Assembly: GCA_001003705.1 (NCBI GenBank)
Contig: LCPQ01000001.1
Location: forward strand, 1-56,007
Length of the DNA: 56,007 bases
Reading direction: 5' to 3'
From: Parcubacteria group bacterium GW2011_GWA2_48_9
GTDB taxonomy: Bacteria > Patescibacteriota > Patescibacteriia > UBA10025
Under the pieces are notes generated by a model. That model did no database searches and was not told the origin of the DNA. It was given only the letters and a program-made list of their open reading frames with translations. Made by a program: the position numbers and the translations under genes. Position 1 is the first letter of the stretch. Each line of letters starts with the position of its first letter. Positions 36,558-46,841 of the stretch are shown here, in pieces.

Positions 36558-36962
36558 ATGACAACTACCACACCGTCAGCTCCTATTAGTAAGAAAAAGA
36601 AAGGAAAGAAACGCACTGTTACTTCCGGGCGCGCGTATATTCAGGCAACGTATAATAACACACTCGTTACAATTACTGACGACAACGGAGCAGTTCTTGG
36701 GTGGTCTTCAGCAGGGCATATTGGCTTTAAGGGGCCTAAGAAGTCGACTCCCTACGCAGCGACATTGACAGTGAAGGACGTACTAGGAAAAGTAGCTGAC
36801 GTAGGACTTAAAAAGGTTGATATTTACGTGAAGGGAGTCGGCAGTGGCAGAGAAGCCGCGGTACGCGCACTTGCAACAAGCGGCCTCTCTGTGTCGGCAA
36901 TAAGGGATAGGACGCCAATTCCACACAATGGGTGCCGTCCTCCGAAAGTTCGTAGAGTTTAA
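36558..36962 (+). CDS. rpsK: 30S ribosomal protein S11
   Basis: ATYNNT, GFKGPKKSTPYAA, TPIPHNGCRPPK.RRV. Confidence 0.98.
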   Translation: MTTTTPSAPISKKKKGKKRTVTSGRAYIQATYNNTLVTITDDNGAVLGWSSAGHIGFKGPKKSTPYAATLTVKDVLGKVADVGLKKVDIYVKGVGSGREAAVRALATSGLSVSAIRDRTPIPHNGCRPPKVRRV

Positions 36963-36967
36963 ATTAT

Positions 36968-37585
36968 ATGGCACGTTATTTAGGCCCAAAACATACTCTC
37001 TGCAGGAAATTTGGCATCAAATTGTGTGATTCTCCAAAGTGCCCCGCTATTCGACGTCCGTATAAGCACGGGCAACACGGACCGAAAGGCACGTCACGAA
37101 CCTCCGAGTACGGTACTCAATTAGCAGAAAAGCAAAAGGCCCGGATGCTGTACGGACTTTTGGAGCGTCAATTTAGAAATTATGTAAAAAAAGCAACGGG
37201 CCAGACTGGCAACAGCGGTGAGAACCTCATAAAACTTCTCGAACGTCGTTTGGATAATATAATGTATCGCGCGGGTATTGCACAAACGAGGCGTATGGCG
37301 CGCCAGCTTGTATCACACGGGCATGTTCGTGTGAATGGTAAAAAAGTCAGCATACCGTCGTATATTTGTAGGGCAGGAGAGACAATTCAACTTAAGCCAC
37401 GTGCGGAAAACATGGGATTCATTAAGGACGCAAAGAAAGGTTTGTCAAAGAAAATCATTCCTTCATGGATTCATATCGCCAGTTCTGAACCCATTACAAT
37501 TGAAATCACTGGCGACCCCAGTGAAACAGATGTACTGGGTGTTGGCATAAACACTTCACTCATAATCGAATTTTATTCGCGCTAA
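36968..37585 (+). CDS. rpsD: 30S ribosomal protein S4
   Basis: MARYLGP, QLAEKQK, LERRLDN, ARQLVSHGH, IIEFYSR. Confidence 0.98.
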   Translation: MARYLGPKHTLCRKFGIKLCDSPKCPAIRRPYKHGQHGPKGTSRTSEYGTQLAEKQKARMLYGLLERQFRNYVKKATGQTGNSGENLIKLLERRLDNIMYRAGIAQTRRMARQLVSHGHVRVNGKKVSIPSYICRAGETIQLKPRAENMGFIKDAKKGLSKKIIPSWIHIASSEPITIEITGDPSETDVLGVGINTSLIIEFYSR

Positions 37586-37601
37586 TATATTGTACCACTT
37601 T

Positions 37602-38372
37602 ATGATCCAACTCCAACTCCCAACTAAAATCGAAGTCCAATCTATCGAAAAAAATAAGGATGCTATCATAATCGAACCATGCGAGCCAGGGTATGGCACG
37701 ACGCTTGGAAACGCATTGAGAAGGGTACTCCTTTCATCCCTTCCTGGAGCAGCGGCAACCTCAGTAAAAATTAAAGGTGCCACTCATGAGTTTTCGACTA
37801 TCCCTAACGTAAAAGAGGATCTAGTGGAAATTATTTTAAATATTAAGACTATTCGATTTAAGCTTCATGGTGTCCCACAGTCAAAAGTGTCCGTGAAAGT
37901 CAAGGGCGAGAAAGTAATAACGGCAAAGGATATCTCGTGCCCAAGTGATGTAGAAGTGACAACCCCCGACGTGCATATAGCTACATTGACCGACAAAGAC
38001 GCAGAATATGACATGGAAATTGTCGTGGAGGAAGGGAGAGGATACGTCCCAGTTGAAACGGCCGATAAAAAAACCCATGAACTTGGTGTGATCACAATAG
38101 ACGCAATTTACAGCCCTGTTAAAAACGCAAACTTTTCAGTAGAGCATGTGCGCGTAGGTCAAATGACAAACTTTGATAAGCTTAACATGACGATTGCAAC
38201 TGATGGCTCGCTAAAACCGATAGAAGCTCTTCGAGACGCAGCAAGAATTTTAACTGACCACTTCGCATTTATTACACATTCGGGCGAAGAATCAAAAGCA
38301 GAGCAACAAGATGAAGATCCAGAAACGGAGAAAAAGCCAAAAAAGAAATCAACGAAATCGAAAAAGGAATAA
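37602..38372 (+). CDS. rpoA: RNA polymerase alpha subunit (NTD only)
   Basis: EPCEPGYGTTLGNALRRVLLSS, HEFSTIP.VKED, GRGYVP, IDAIYSPV. Ends in a short acidic/Lys-rich tail. Confidence 0.97.
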   Translation: MIQLQLPTKIEVQSIEKNKDAIIIEPCEPGYGTTLGNALRRVLLSSLPGAAATSVKIKGATHEFSTIPNVKEDLVEIILNIKTIRFKLHGVPQSKVSVKVKGEKVITAKDISCPSDVEVTTPDVHIATLTDKDAEYDMEIVVEEGRGYVPVETADKKTHELGVITIDAIYSPVKNANFSVEHVRVGQMTNFDKLNMTIATDGSLKPIEALRDAARILTDHFAFITHSGEESKAEQQDEDPETEKKPKKKSTKSKKE

Positions 38373-38390
38373 GTAGAATAACGGGGACTT

Positions 38391-38744
38391 ATGCGCCACA
38401 GAAAGAAAAGGGCAATTCTTGATCGAAAAAGCGGTCCGCGTACCGGTCTTTTGAGGTCGCTATTTCGAGCGTTGATTACCTACGGACACATTACTACTAC
38501 AACTGCCCGGGCAAAAGCTGTCCGTGCCATGGCTGAAAAAGCACTCTCAACGGCCAGTACCCCGACCCTTTCTCACCGAAGAATTCTCATTGAATTAACG
38601 GGATCGCCCCAACTAGTCGCTAGAACGATTGAAACGGCAAAAAAATACGAACACCGAAATAGCGGATACATTCGTATTTACCGTCGTATGCATAGAAAAG
38701 GTGACGGGGCGCAGACCGTAACGGTAACTTTACTGCATAATTAG
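38391..38744 (+). CDS. rplQ: 50S ribosomal protein L17
   Basis: MRHRK, ITTT.ARAK, R.SGY.RI, R.GDGA. Confidence 0.95.
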   Translation: MRHRKKRAILDRKSGPRTGLLRSLFRALITYGHITTTTARAKAVRAMAEKALSTASTPTLSHRRILIELTGSPQLVARTIETAKKYEHRNSGYIRIYRRMHRKGDGAQTVTVTLLHN

Positions 38745-38747
38745 CGT

Positions 38748-39110
38748 ATGAACGGAAAGCAACCAACTAAAATCGATATCACAGTGGAGGCGCGTGGAAA
38801 AAGTCTTGGTCGTTTAGCGTCAGAGGTTGCTCATCTCCTTCAAGGAAAGCACCTCGCGAGCTACCGGCCGAATAAACCCGCCCTTGCATACGTACTGGTC
38901 ACTCATTTATCAGAAGTGAAATTAGATCCAGTATCTAAAGATGGTAAGGTCTATTATAGGTCATCACTGCGCCCAGGCGGATTGAAGAAAAGGTCATTTA
39001 ATGAGTGGTTCCAAAAGGACCCCCAAGAGGTGACGAGGCATATGGTATACGGCATGCTTCCAAAGAATAAACTTAGAAAAATACTCATAAAGCATCTCAC
39101 TTTTATATAA
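38748..39110 (+). CDS. rplM: 50S ribosomal protein L13
   Basis: LGRLASEVA..LQGKH, PGGLK, VYGMLPKNKL; 120 aa with a short C-terminus. Confidence 0.95.
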   Translation: MNGKQPTKIDITVEARGKSLGRLASEVAHLLQGKHLASYRPNKPALAYVLVTHLSEVKLDPVSKDGKVYYRSSLRPGGLKKRSFNEWFQKDPQEVTRHMVYGMLPKNKLRKILIKHLTFI

Positions 39111-39643
39111 TGATTACAAAAAGGAAAAAAACCGCTTCAAAAAAAAATTTGACGAAACCCCGTCACCCACGTAAGAAACCTCCGGTTATTACCGAAAAGG
39201 CTACTATTGAAGTGCAACCGGTCCAACCACAAACAGCTGCTCACGTTAAGAAGGAAAAGTTTTTATATAGTGTCGGACGTCGTAAATCATCAATCGCGAG
39301 AGTACGGCTTTACCCATTACGAGAATCTGCTATCGAAGTTAACGGACAGACACTCGAGAGGTATTTTCCTCTTCAAAAGTTTCAGAAAAGTGTTAGGATG
39401 CCACTTGATATAGTGGGATTAAAAGTTACTGGCTCGATTACGATACGAGTTATCGGAGGCGGCATCCGAGGCCAAGCTGAGGCGGCACAACTCGGAATTG
39501 CGAGAGCAATTCTTCAGCAATCACCCGAATCACGCACTATTCTGAAGAAAGCTGGATTACTGCGTCGTGATCCAAGGGAAAAAGAGAGAAAGAAATACGG
39601 ACTGCGTGGTGCTCGCAGGGCTCCACAGTGGCAGAAGCGCTAG
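39110..39643 (+). CDS. rpsI: 30S ribosomal protein S9 with basic N-terminal extension
   Basis: GRRKSSIARV, GGG..GQAEA, RDPREKERKKYG, APQWQKR. Confidence 0.97.
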   Translation: MITKRKKTASKKNLTKPRHPRKKPPVITEKATIEVQPVQPQTAAHVKKEKFLYSVGRRKSSIARVRLYPLRESAIEVNGQTLERYFPLQKFQKSVRMPLDIVGLKVTGSITIRVIGGGIRGQAEAAQLGIARAILQQSPESRTILKKAGLLRRDPREKERKKYGLRGARRAPQWQKR

Positions 39644-39658
39644 AAAGCGTGGCTCACA

Positions 39659-41194
39659 ATGGATACTGCGTCTCTACAAACTGAGTTACGAAGCGATAGT
39701 CAAGAGCGCATCCTAAAGAATACGTCATTCCTTACCGTAGCATTCGTTATACAGAAGGCTATATCTTTGTTGTATTTCGTTTTCATTGCACGACGTATTG
39801 GTCCAGTCAATTTAGGGCTCTATGATCCGCTGAAATCCTTAATTCCAATTGCGCTTATCCTTATAGACTTCAGTTTAAGTGCAGTTTTAACGCGTGAAAT
39901 TGCACGCCGGCCTGACAAAATAAAAGAGTACGTCAGTAATGTCCTTGGAATAAAAGTGATTTTTGGTTTTTTTGTTCTTCTGATAGCGGGCCTCATTACT
40001 ATATTCGGACCTTTTTCGACTGAAACACGCACACTACTTTACTTCGTTGGCATGATAGTGGTACTTGATACCTTTACTTTAACTTTTTTTGCTGTATTTC
40101 GGGGGCTACAGAATCTTAGGTACGAATCATTGGCAATCATTATTAATCAATTGCTTACTATTTCAGCGGGTGGCGCCGCACTACTGAAAGGGTATGGACT
40201 ACAGGGACTTTTTACAGCAACACTCATTGGGAGCTTTTTTAACTTTGTGTTTTCGTTATGGGTCATCAAAAAGAAGGTACACTTTTTCCCGTTACCCACT
40301 TGGGATCCTCGTATCATCACTGTATTTCTTAAAATTGCCGTACCATTTGCTTTAGCTGCAATGCTAGTTAAGGTCTTTACCTACACTGACAGGTACATGA
40401 TTCTCGCGTTAGCTGGAAAGCAGTATGTAGGATGGTATGTTACCGCGCACAAGCTTACCTTTGCGCTTGAGTTCATACCATCAGCTTTTGCGGCGAGTGT
40501 GTACCCAGCGATGAGCACTTTTTTTGTGTCTTCGCATGAACAACTAAAAAGGACATTTGAAAAGACCATGTATTATCTGATGATAATCGCTGTCCCTCTT
40601 GCGGTAGCAATATTTACCCTTGCGGACAGACTCATACCCCAACTGTATACAAGTACGTATTCTGCGGCCATTGTGCCACTTCGGATTATGATCATCGGAC
40701 TTATATGTGTTTTTATGAACTTTCCAGTTGGTGCTCTTCTTAATGCGTGCAATATGCAAAAACAAAATACAATCAATATGGCAATCATCGTCGCATGTAA
40801 CATCGTATTAAATAGTATCCTTATACCGCGTTTTACATTTATAGGTGCGGCTGTTTCAACTCTTATTTCAACTACGTTGCTTTTTTTCCTAGGGTTACGG
40901 TGGGCAAAAAAAATTATACGGTTTGATGGAAAATACCTGCTTGTGACTCTTGGAAAATCATTTACCGCTGCTGTCGTCATGGCAGTCTTTATATACATCG
41001 TTGCTCCACTAATAAAGTTCGACGTTGCACCATATTTTGGCGGTGCGGGAACTTATATACAAATCATGATTTACTATGGAATGCTCGCTATAGCTGGCGC
41101 GATAGTTTACTTTTACGTCCTATCTAGAATTAAAGGGGTTGTCCTGATGGATCTTAAATCCCTAGTCACCACTTTCAGAAGAAAAACTTCATGA
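39659..41194 (+). CDS. Wzx-type polysaccharide flippase (MOP superfamily)
   Basis: About 14 TM segments; RILKN, LTREIAR, YTDRYMI...VGWY, VYPAMS, IPRF.FIGAA. Confidence 0.88.
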   Translation: MDTASLQTELRSDSQERILKNTSFLTVAFVIQKAISLLYFVFIARRIGPVNLGLYDPLKSLIPIALILIDFSLSAVLTREIARRPDKIKEYVSNVLGIKVIFGFFVLLIAGLITIFGPFSTETRTLLYFVGMIVVLDTFTLTFFAVFRGLQNLRYESLAIIINQLLTISAGGAALLKGYGLQGLFTATLIGSFFNFVFSLWVIKKKVHFFPLPTWDPRIITVFLKIAVPFALAAMLVKVFTYTDRYMILALAGKQYVGWYVTAHKLTFALEFIPSAFAASVYPAMSTFFVSSHEQLKRTFEKTMYYLMIIAVPLAVAIFTLADRLIPQLYTSTYSAAIVPLRIMIIGLICVFMNFPVGALLNACNMQKQNTINMAIIVACNIVLNSILIPRFTFIGAAVSTLISTTLLFFLGLRWAKKIIRFDGKYLLVTLGKSFTAAVVMAVFIYIVAPLIKFDVAPYFGGAGTYIQIMIYYGMLAIAGAIVYFYVLSRIKGVVLMDLKSLVTTFRRKTS

Positions 41195-42321
41195 GAAAAT
41201 CCTTACTTATCACGCTGCAGTTCCCTCCGCAAATCGGGGGCGTCCAGACGTATTTATCCGAAATAACGCGGCACGTACCTTCAGAGTGGGTTGACGTGTT
41301 AGCACCTGGAGATATGAAGCAGGAGGTGGTCGAGGATGGAGTTCGCATTACCCGTGCTACATTTACAACAAAAATTCTTTGGCCGCGATGGATTCCAGTT
41401 TTATTCCGACTTTTTGCGCTAACATTCCAACGCAAATACTCATTACTTATTGCTGGCCAGGTTTTACCTGTCGGAATTGCAGTCTTTATTGTGTCTAGGC
41501 TAACAAAAGTTCCGTACATCATATTTGCTCATGGAATGGATGTCCTTATTCCGCTAAAATCAACAAGAAAGCGGAGCATAAGTCAACGAATATTCAAAAA
41601 TGCAGAGCGAATATTTTGTCCAAGTGAATATTCACGGCAGCTCGTAATTTCCCTTGGTGTCGACGAGACCAGGTGTAAGGTACTACACCCGTGTATTGAC
41701 GCTTCGTCTATGATTCGTGTAACTGATGATATGCGAAAGTCAGTTCGCAGCAGATTTGGAATACGTGCAGATACGGTTCTTCTAACAGTTGCCAGATTAG
41801 TTAAAAGAAAAGGGCACATGTCCGTGCTTCAAGCTCTGGCGGGTATTCGTAGCGAAATTCCGGATTTTCAATACGTTATTGTAGGGGACGGCCCAATGGC
41901 CGAAGCCATAGATGCCGAAATTATACGTCTGAGACTTGGCGACATCGTGATACGTACTTCATTAGTAGACCCGCCCACCCTTAATGTACTCTATGATATT
42001 GCCGATGTATTCGTGTTACCAGTACTACCAGATCCAGCGGGGGAAGACGTCGAGGGATTTGGAATCGTATATCAGGAAGCCCTCGTCCACGATGCCGCCG
42101 TAATTGCATCCGACTGCGGGGGTGTTCCAGATGCAGTCGGAGATACAGCACGTCTTATTAACCCTGGAAATATGGGGCAACTTACTGAAGCTCTTAAATT
42201 ACTCATAACAGATCCCGTTGAACGTGAACTGCTAGTGCAGCGTGGCAGGCGTCTGATTGCGCAACGTACGTGGGAACATGAGCTACTTCCACTCACTGAG
42301 ATAATTCGACGTACCATATGA
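41191..42321 (+). CDS. GT4 family glycosyltransferase
   Basis: FPPQIGGVQTY, HGMD, VARLVKRKG, EGFGIVYQEA. Confidence 0.9.
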   Translation: MRKSLLITLQFPPQIGGVQTYLSEITRHVPSEWVDVLAPGDMKQEVVEDGVRITRATFTTKILWPRWIPVLFRLFALTFQRKYSLLIAGQVLPVGIAVFIVSRLTKVPYIIFAHGMDVLIPLKSTRKRSISQRIFKNAERIFCPSEYSRQLVISLGVDETRCKVLHPCIDASSMIRVTDDMRKSVRSRFGIRADTVLLTVARLVKRKGHMSVLQALAGIRSEIPDFQYVIVGDGPMAEAIDAEIIRLRLGDIVIRTSLVDPPTLNVLYDIADVFVLPVLPDPAGEDVEGFGIVYQEALVHDAAVIASDCGGVPDAVGDTARLINPGNMGQLTEALKLLITDPVERELLVQRGRRLIAQRTWEHELLPLTEIIRRTI

Positions 42322-43487
42322 GTCAAAAGATCTCTCTAGTGCACTTTTCAATGTCTACGTATGCCGAATGGTTCGTACGCGGTAAAGCCAACCGTAATTA
42401 CCATGTGTTTGAATTGCTCCGGGCAAACTCTTCAGTAGATAAGATTTTGAGTATTGATGTACTTCCTCATTCATGGAAAAGGGGGGTCCGCTCTTTAGTC
42501 GACTACTTTCGGGCGGCACCATATGGCAAAGTGATTCACCGTAGTTTTTTTTCTCGCCTCATTAAGGTTACTGATCGACTTTACATATACCAGACAATCG
42601 AACCACTCATTTCTCAAAAGTTTTTCATGAAAAAATTGCGTGGTATCATTAAAGACCTCGATTTAGTGAACACTGTTGTATGGTCATTTATTCCTACGTA
42701 TGTAAGTTATATTGGAGCGTTAGATGAACGCGTAAGTGTGTTTGATACTGTGGACGATTGGTCATGCCATCCCGCCTATCAGTTCATCAAACAAAAACTT
42801 ATCAAAAACTACGAGTACATCAACCGACACGCTGATGTCATATTTACCGTTTCTGAGCAACTTACGCAGAAATTCTACGACGCAAACCCTCATGCTTTTA
42901 CTGTTACAAATGGTGTGGATCTCAAACATTTTTCGACACAACAGCCCGAGCCTGATGACATGAAACAGCTACCGCATCCGCGCGTTTGCTACGTAGGAGT
43001 TATTCAGCAGCGCGTTGATTTTCAAATGGTCCATGAGGCCGCAGTTCTCTCACCTGATGTAAGTTTTATTTTTATCGGTCCAATATGGCACGACGCGGAT
43101 ATCGGTACTGTGAAGAATCTGAAAAATGTGTACTTTCTCGGAGCAAAGAAATATAATCAATTACCGGGTTACATACAGCATTCAGACATCGGGTTATTAC
43201 CCCATCATTTAAACGATTTAGTCCAGTCGATGAACCCGCTGAAGCTGTATGAGTATCTTGCCTCCGGAAAGCCAATAATTTCTACGCCAGTTCCTGGAAC
43301 GGAGCAATTTTCATCAGACTTTATTACAATTGTCAGAAATGGCAGGGCTTTAGCCGGTGCTATTCGCTCAGTAATGTCCAGACAGCAACTTTTGAAGCCG
43401 CAGCAACTTCAGGACAGTGTCCTGTCGTATTCATGGGAAAGCAAAGTTCACTCGATGCTTCAAAAAGTTTTTGCTGCGTACAGATAA
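42318..43487 (+). CDS. GT-B glycosyltransferase (GT4/TuaH-like)
   Basis: FDTVDDW, NGVD..HF, NPLKLYEYLASGKPII. Confidence 0.88.
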   Translation: MSQKISLVHFSMSTYAEWFVRGKANRNYHVFELLRANSSVDKILSIDVLPHSWKRGVRSLVDYFRAAPYGKVIHRSFFSRLIKVTDRLYIYQTIEPLISQKFFMKKLRGIIKDLDLVNTVVWSFIPTYVSYIGALDERVSVFDTVDDWSCHPAYQFIKQKLIKNYEYINRHADVIFTVSEQLTQKFYDANPHAFTVTNGVDLKHFSTQQPEPDDMKQLPHPRVCYVGVIQQRVDFQMVHEAAVLSPDVSFIFIGPIWHDADIGTVKNLKNVYFLGAKKYNQLPGYIQHSDIGLLPHHLNDLVQSMNPLKLYEYLASGKPIISTPVPGTEQFSSDFITIVRNGRALAGAIRSVMSRQQLLKPQQLQDSVLSYSWESKVHSMLQKVFAAYR

Positions 43488-43502
43488 ACAAAATACCGTC
43501 CT

Positions 43503-43531
43503 TTGCCCAAAGTGAGGTTTTTTGCTAGTCT
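43503..43531 (+). promoter_or_regulatory. possible internal promoter in the glycan cluster
   Basis: TTGCCC, 17 bp, TAGTCT with TGn. Confidence 0.45.
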
Positions 43532-43548
43532 TACGATACCTTTATTAT

Positions 43549-44415
43549 ATGAAGCTGTCGATTGTTATCGTTAGTTGGAATGTGTCAGAACTTTTGCGTG
43601 TTTGTTTACAGTCGATATTCGACAATCCGCCACAACACGATTTCGAGGTTTTTGTAGTTGATAATAATTCTCACGATCATCCAGACCATGTAGTGAAAGA
43701 TTTTAAGGTGACGTACATCACTCAAATACGTAATATGGGCTTCGCGGTAGCCAATAACGTTGCAATAAGGAAAACTACGGGTGACTACGTGCTTCTTCTT
43801 AATCCTGACACAGTCGTCGGGCCTGGAACGCTTGACTCACTTATTTTGTTCGCTAAGCAAAAACCTCATGCTGGCATTATTGGACCGAAACTTCTTAACC
43901 CAGATGGTTCTCTTCAGCCTTCAGTTAGGAAATTTCCTACAACGATCACGCTGGCGGTAATTTTCCTAAAACTGCATAGAATTTTTCCTAAAATAAAGGT
44001 AGTACGTGAGTTTCTTGGGGAAAAATTTGATTATTATGGTGACCATAAAGTTGATCAGGTGATGGGCGCATGTTTTCTTATACGCCGCGAAGTTGTACGG
44101 ATGGTCGGATTACTTGACGAGCATTTTTTTATTTGGTTCGAGGAGGTTGACTACTGTAAACGCGCCATACGGGCAGGATTTGAAGTTTGGTATACGGGTC
44201 AGGCATCAATTACCCATTACTTTGCGCAGAGTTTTCGGCAACAATTCGGGCCGCTAAAACAATGGCGTTTTTGTATCAGCGCTTTGCGATATGCGCGCAC
44301 TCATCTTGGAAATACTTCTATGGTTTTGCTAAGCATTCTCTTTCCACTCAGTTTATTACTATCTCTATTCCAGTTAACTTACCCGACACATGTTCAGGGC
44401 ACTGCTCAGTCATAA
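43549..44415 (+). CDS. GT2 family glycosyltransferase (rhamnosyltransferase-like)
   Basis: SIVIVSWN, VVDNNS, LLLNPDT, GACFLIRR, FEEVDYC. Confidence 0.9.
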   Translation: MKLSIVIVSWNVSELLRVCLQSIFDNPPQHDFEVFVVDNNSHDHPDHVVKDFKVTYITQIRNMGFAVANNVAIRKTTGDYVLLLNPDTVVGPGTLDSLILFAKQKPHAGIIGPKLLNPDGSLQPSVRKFPTTITLAVIFLKLHRIFPKIKVVREFLGEKFDYYGDHKVDQVMGACFLIRREVVRMVGLLDEHFFIWFEEVDYCKRAIRAGFEVWYTGQASITHYFAQSFRQQFGPLKQWRFCISALRYARTHLGNTSMVLLSILFPLSLLLSLFQLTYPTHVQGTAQS

Positions 44416-45904
44416 AGTAAGCATAGCAGTTTGTTTAATACTGATAGTGGTTGAGTGTTTATCTTTTCTTGGGTATGTATTCGATGTAGTGTCGGGTATT
44501 TTCTTTGCGTTGAACATACTCGCAGTAATTGTGCTTGCATTCTGGCGATTTGAGTTCGGTGTTTCAGCACTACTAGCTGAACTCGTTATAGGTGGCAAGG
44601 GGTACCTTTTTTCTGTCGAAATGGGAGATTATACGGTATCTTTAAGACTAGGTATTTTCATTGTTGTTTTTGTTCTCTGGCTTATTCAACTAATTCGTGG
44701 GAGACAACGACTATTTTTCAGCTCGGCACTATTCAGGCCCTGGATAGCATTATTCGGCGCTATCTTAATTGGAATTGTCGTCGCGTTTATTTCAGGTAAC
44801 CAGGCAAAGCTTCTTTTTTTAGATGTAAATGGTTACCTATACTTCGCCATGTTGCCGGTTTTTATTGGGTCAATTAGCTCTCAACAGGAGATACGACGTC
44901 AGTTTTCAGTGCTTGTGGGCGGCGCGTATGCGCTAACAGTGAAAACACTTTTTGCTCTATTGTTTTTTTCACATGAGACAACAACGGGTGCAATTCGAAT
45001 ATTTTACAAGTGGATCCGTGACACGGGTGTGGGAGAAATAGTGCAACTAGATTTTGGTTTTTTTCGTATTTTTTTTCAAAGCCACATATTCTTAGTATTA
45101 GTCCTTTCCATTTTTTTGACCGTATTCGTCATGCTAAGAAATAAAAATACTGACAAAAAGGAACTAATTGTATCATTTCTCGTAGCTGTATCGTTGTTGT
45201 CGGCGTTTATTATCAGCATGTCCCGGAGTATTTGGGCGGGTGCCGCCGTTGGATTTTTTTCCTTTACTATTTATTACTTTTTTCGCATTAATAATAAATT
45301 TACTGATTCGCTTAAACTTGCCGGCATGCTGGCCCTCGTCGGTATTGGATCGATTTTTCTGCTTACTGGCATCGTCAATATTCAAATTCCGGGACGGTCA
45401 GGAGGCGGCGGATCAGCCGCTGCGCTCATTCGCGAACGACTGACTTCTGGTGAAGAGGAGGTTGCTGTTTCATCGAGGCTAAAACTGCTGACCCCTTTAG
45501 TCCAAGCAATCCTGGAAAAGCCCATTTTTGGCCATGGATTTGGCGCCACACTGACTTATGAGACGGATGACCCTAGATCCATTGAAACTGGTGGAAAGGT
45601 GCATACAGCTTATGCATTTGAGTGGGGATATCTTGACTTTGTAATGAAATTCGGTTTAGTGGGCCTTTGTGCATTTGTCTATTTTCTTTGGTGTGTAATT
45701 AGACTTGGAATTCTTGCACTGAAGAAATCGGGTACCGAGCATGTACCCATTATCCTGGGCGCGCTCTTAGCCTATATTGCACTCCTTGCTGTTCATATCA
45801 CGACACCATACCTAAACCATCCGCTTGGAATCGGTTACCTTTCGCTTATAGCCGCAATTTTTATCACTCACAAGCCGCAATCACACAGGGAGTATGGAAC
45901 GTAA
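44390..45904 (+). CDS. O-antigen ligase/Wzy_C family membrane protein
   Basis: Multi-TM; SMSRSIWAG, and a large loop with SSRL...PIFGHGFG followed by GYLDFVMKFGLVG. Confidence 0.8.
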   Translation: MFRALLSHKVSIAVCLILIVVECLSFLGYVFDVVSGIFFALNILAVIVLAFWRFEFGVSALLAELVIGGKGYLFSVEMGDYTVSLRLGIFIVVFVLWLIQLIRGRQRLFFSSALFRPWIALFGAILIGIVVAFISGNQAKLLFLDVNGYLYFAMLPVFIGSISSQQEIRRQFSVLVGGAYALTVKTLFALLFFSHETTTGAIRIFYKWIRDTGVGEIVQLDFGFFRIFFQSHIFLVLVLSIFLTVFVMLRNKNTDKKELIVSFLVAVSLLSAFIISMSRSIWAGAAVGFFSFTIYYFFRINNKFTDSLKLAGMLALVGIGSIFLLTGIVNIQIPGRSGGGGSAAALIRERLTSGEEEVAVSSRLKLLTPLVQAILEKPIFGHGFGATLTYETDDPRSIETGGKVHTAYAFEWGYLDFVMKFGLVGLCAFVYFLWCVIRLGILALKKSGTEHVPIILGALLAYIALLAVHITTPYLNHPLGIGYLSLIAAIFITHKPQSHREYGT

Positions 45905-46838
45905 AATCGACACAACCATCTCAATAGTTACATGGAACAGCTCTGCAACAATTTCAAAGTGTCTTGAAAGTATTTTTCTACAGACAAATAATAATTACGA
46001 GATTACAGTATTTGACAATGCGTCTACTGACGAAACCCTAAAAAAAATCTCGAGCAATCCAGCCGTACGGTGTATACGCTCAAAAGTAAATACCGGCTAT
46101 AGCGCAGCGCATAATGAGGTAATACGACGCGCGAATGGAAGTTTTATTCTCTGTATGAACCCAGATGTTGTACTTACACCTACATTCCTTGAAAAACTCA
46201 GAAACTGCGCAGATAGTCATCCGGAGGCCGCAAGTTTTGGCGGAAAAGTGCTGAGACTGGAAAACTTGGAGGAACGTCCTCAAACTGCTATAATCGACGC
46301 TACCGGATTGGTTCTTTTGAGGTCATTTCGTTCGATAAACCGGGGGGAAGGGGATGTAGATACATTGCAGTACAGCAAGGACGAGATCGTGTTTGGCCAT
46401 TCTGGCGCAGTTGTTTTGCTAAGAAAATCATCGCTGGACCGAGTAAAAATAATGGGTGAGTATCTTGATGAGGATTTTTTTGCCTACAAGGAGGATGTTG
46501 ACCTTGCATGGCGGTTCCAAAAAGCGGGATTTACATCTTTCTATGTACATGATGCAATCGCATACCACCTGAGAAAAGCACGGCGCGGTAAACGGCGCGA
46601 TATCCCGCTGGGAGTCAGACAATTGTCGTATAAAAACCACTTACTCATGCTTGTAAAAAACCTCACCTTCAGTGACTTAATCTCAAAGTCACCATGGCTG
46701 CTAGCTTATGAGTTTGGTAAGTTTTTAACTCTTTTATTCTCCGACGTGCGTACACTTTTCTCCCTCCAAACATTCATGAGACAATTGCCAACTGCATGGG
46801 CGAAACGTAAGGCAATGTCCCGGCTAAGAACTCCATAA
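45894..46838 (+). CDS. GT2 family glycosyltransferase
   Basis: IVTWNS, DNASTD, MNPDV, FFAYKEDVDLAWR. Confidence 0.9.
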   Translation: MERKIDTTISIVTWNSSATISKCLESIFLQTNNNYEITVFDNASTDETLKKISSNPAVRCIRSKVNTGYSAAHNEVIRRANGSFILCMNPDVVLTPTFLEKLRNCADSHPEAASFGGKVLRLENLEERPQTAIIDATGLVLLRSFRSINRGEGDVDTLQYSKDEIVFGHSGAVVLLRKSSLDRVKIMGEYLDEDFFAYKEDVDLAWRFQKAGFTSFYVHDAIAYHLRKARRGKRRDIPLGVRQLSYKNHLLMLVKNLTFSDLISKSPWLLAYEFGKFLTLLFSDVRTLFSLQTFMRQLPTAWAKRKAMSRLRTP

Positions 46839-46841
46839 AAC

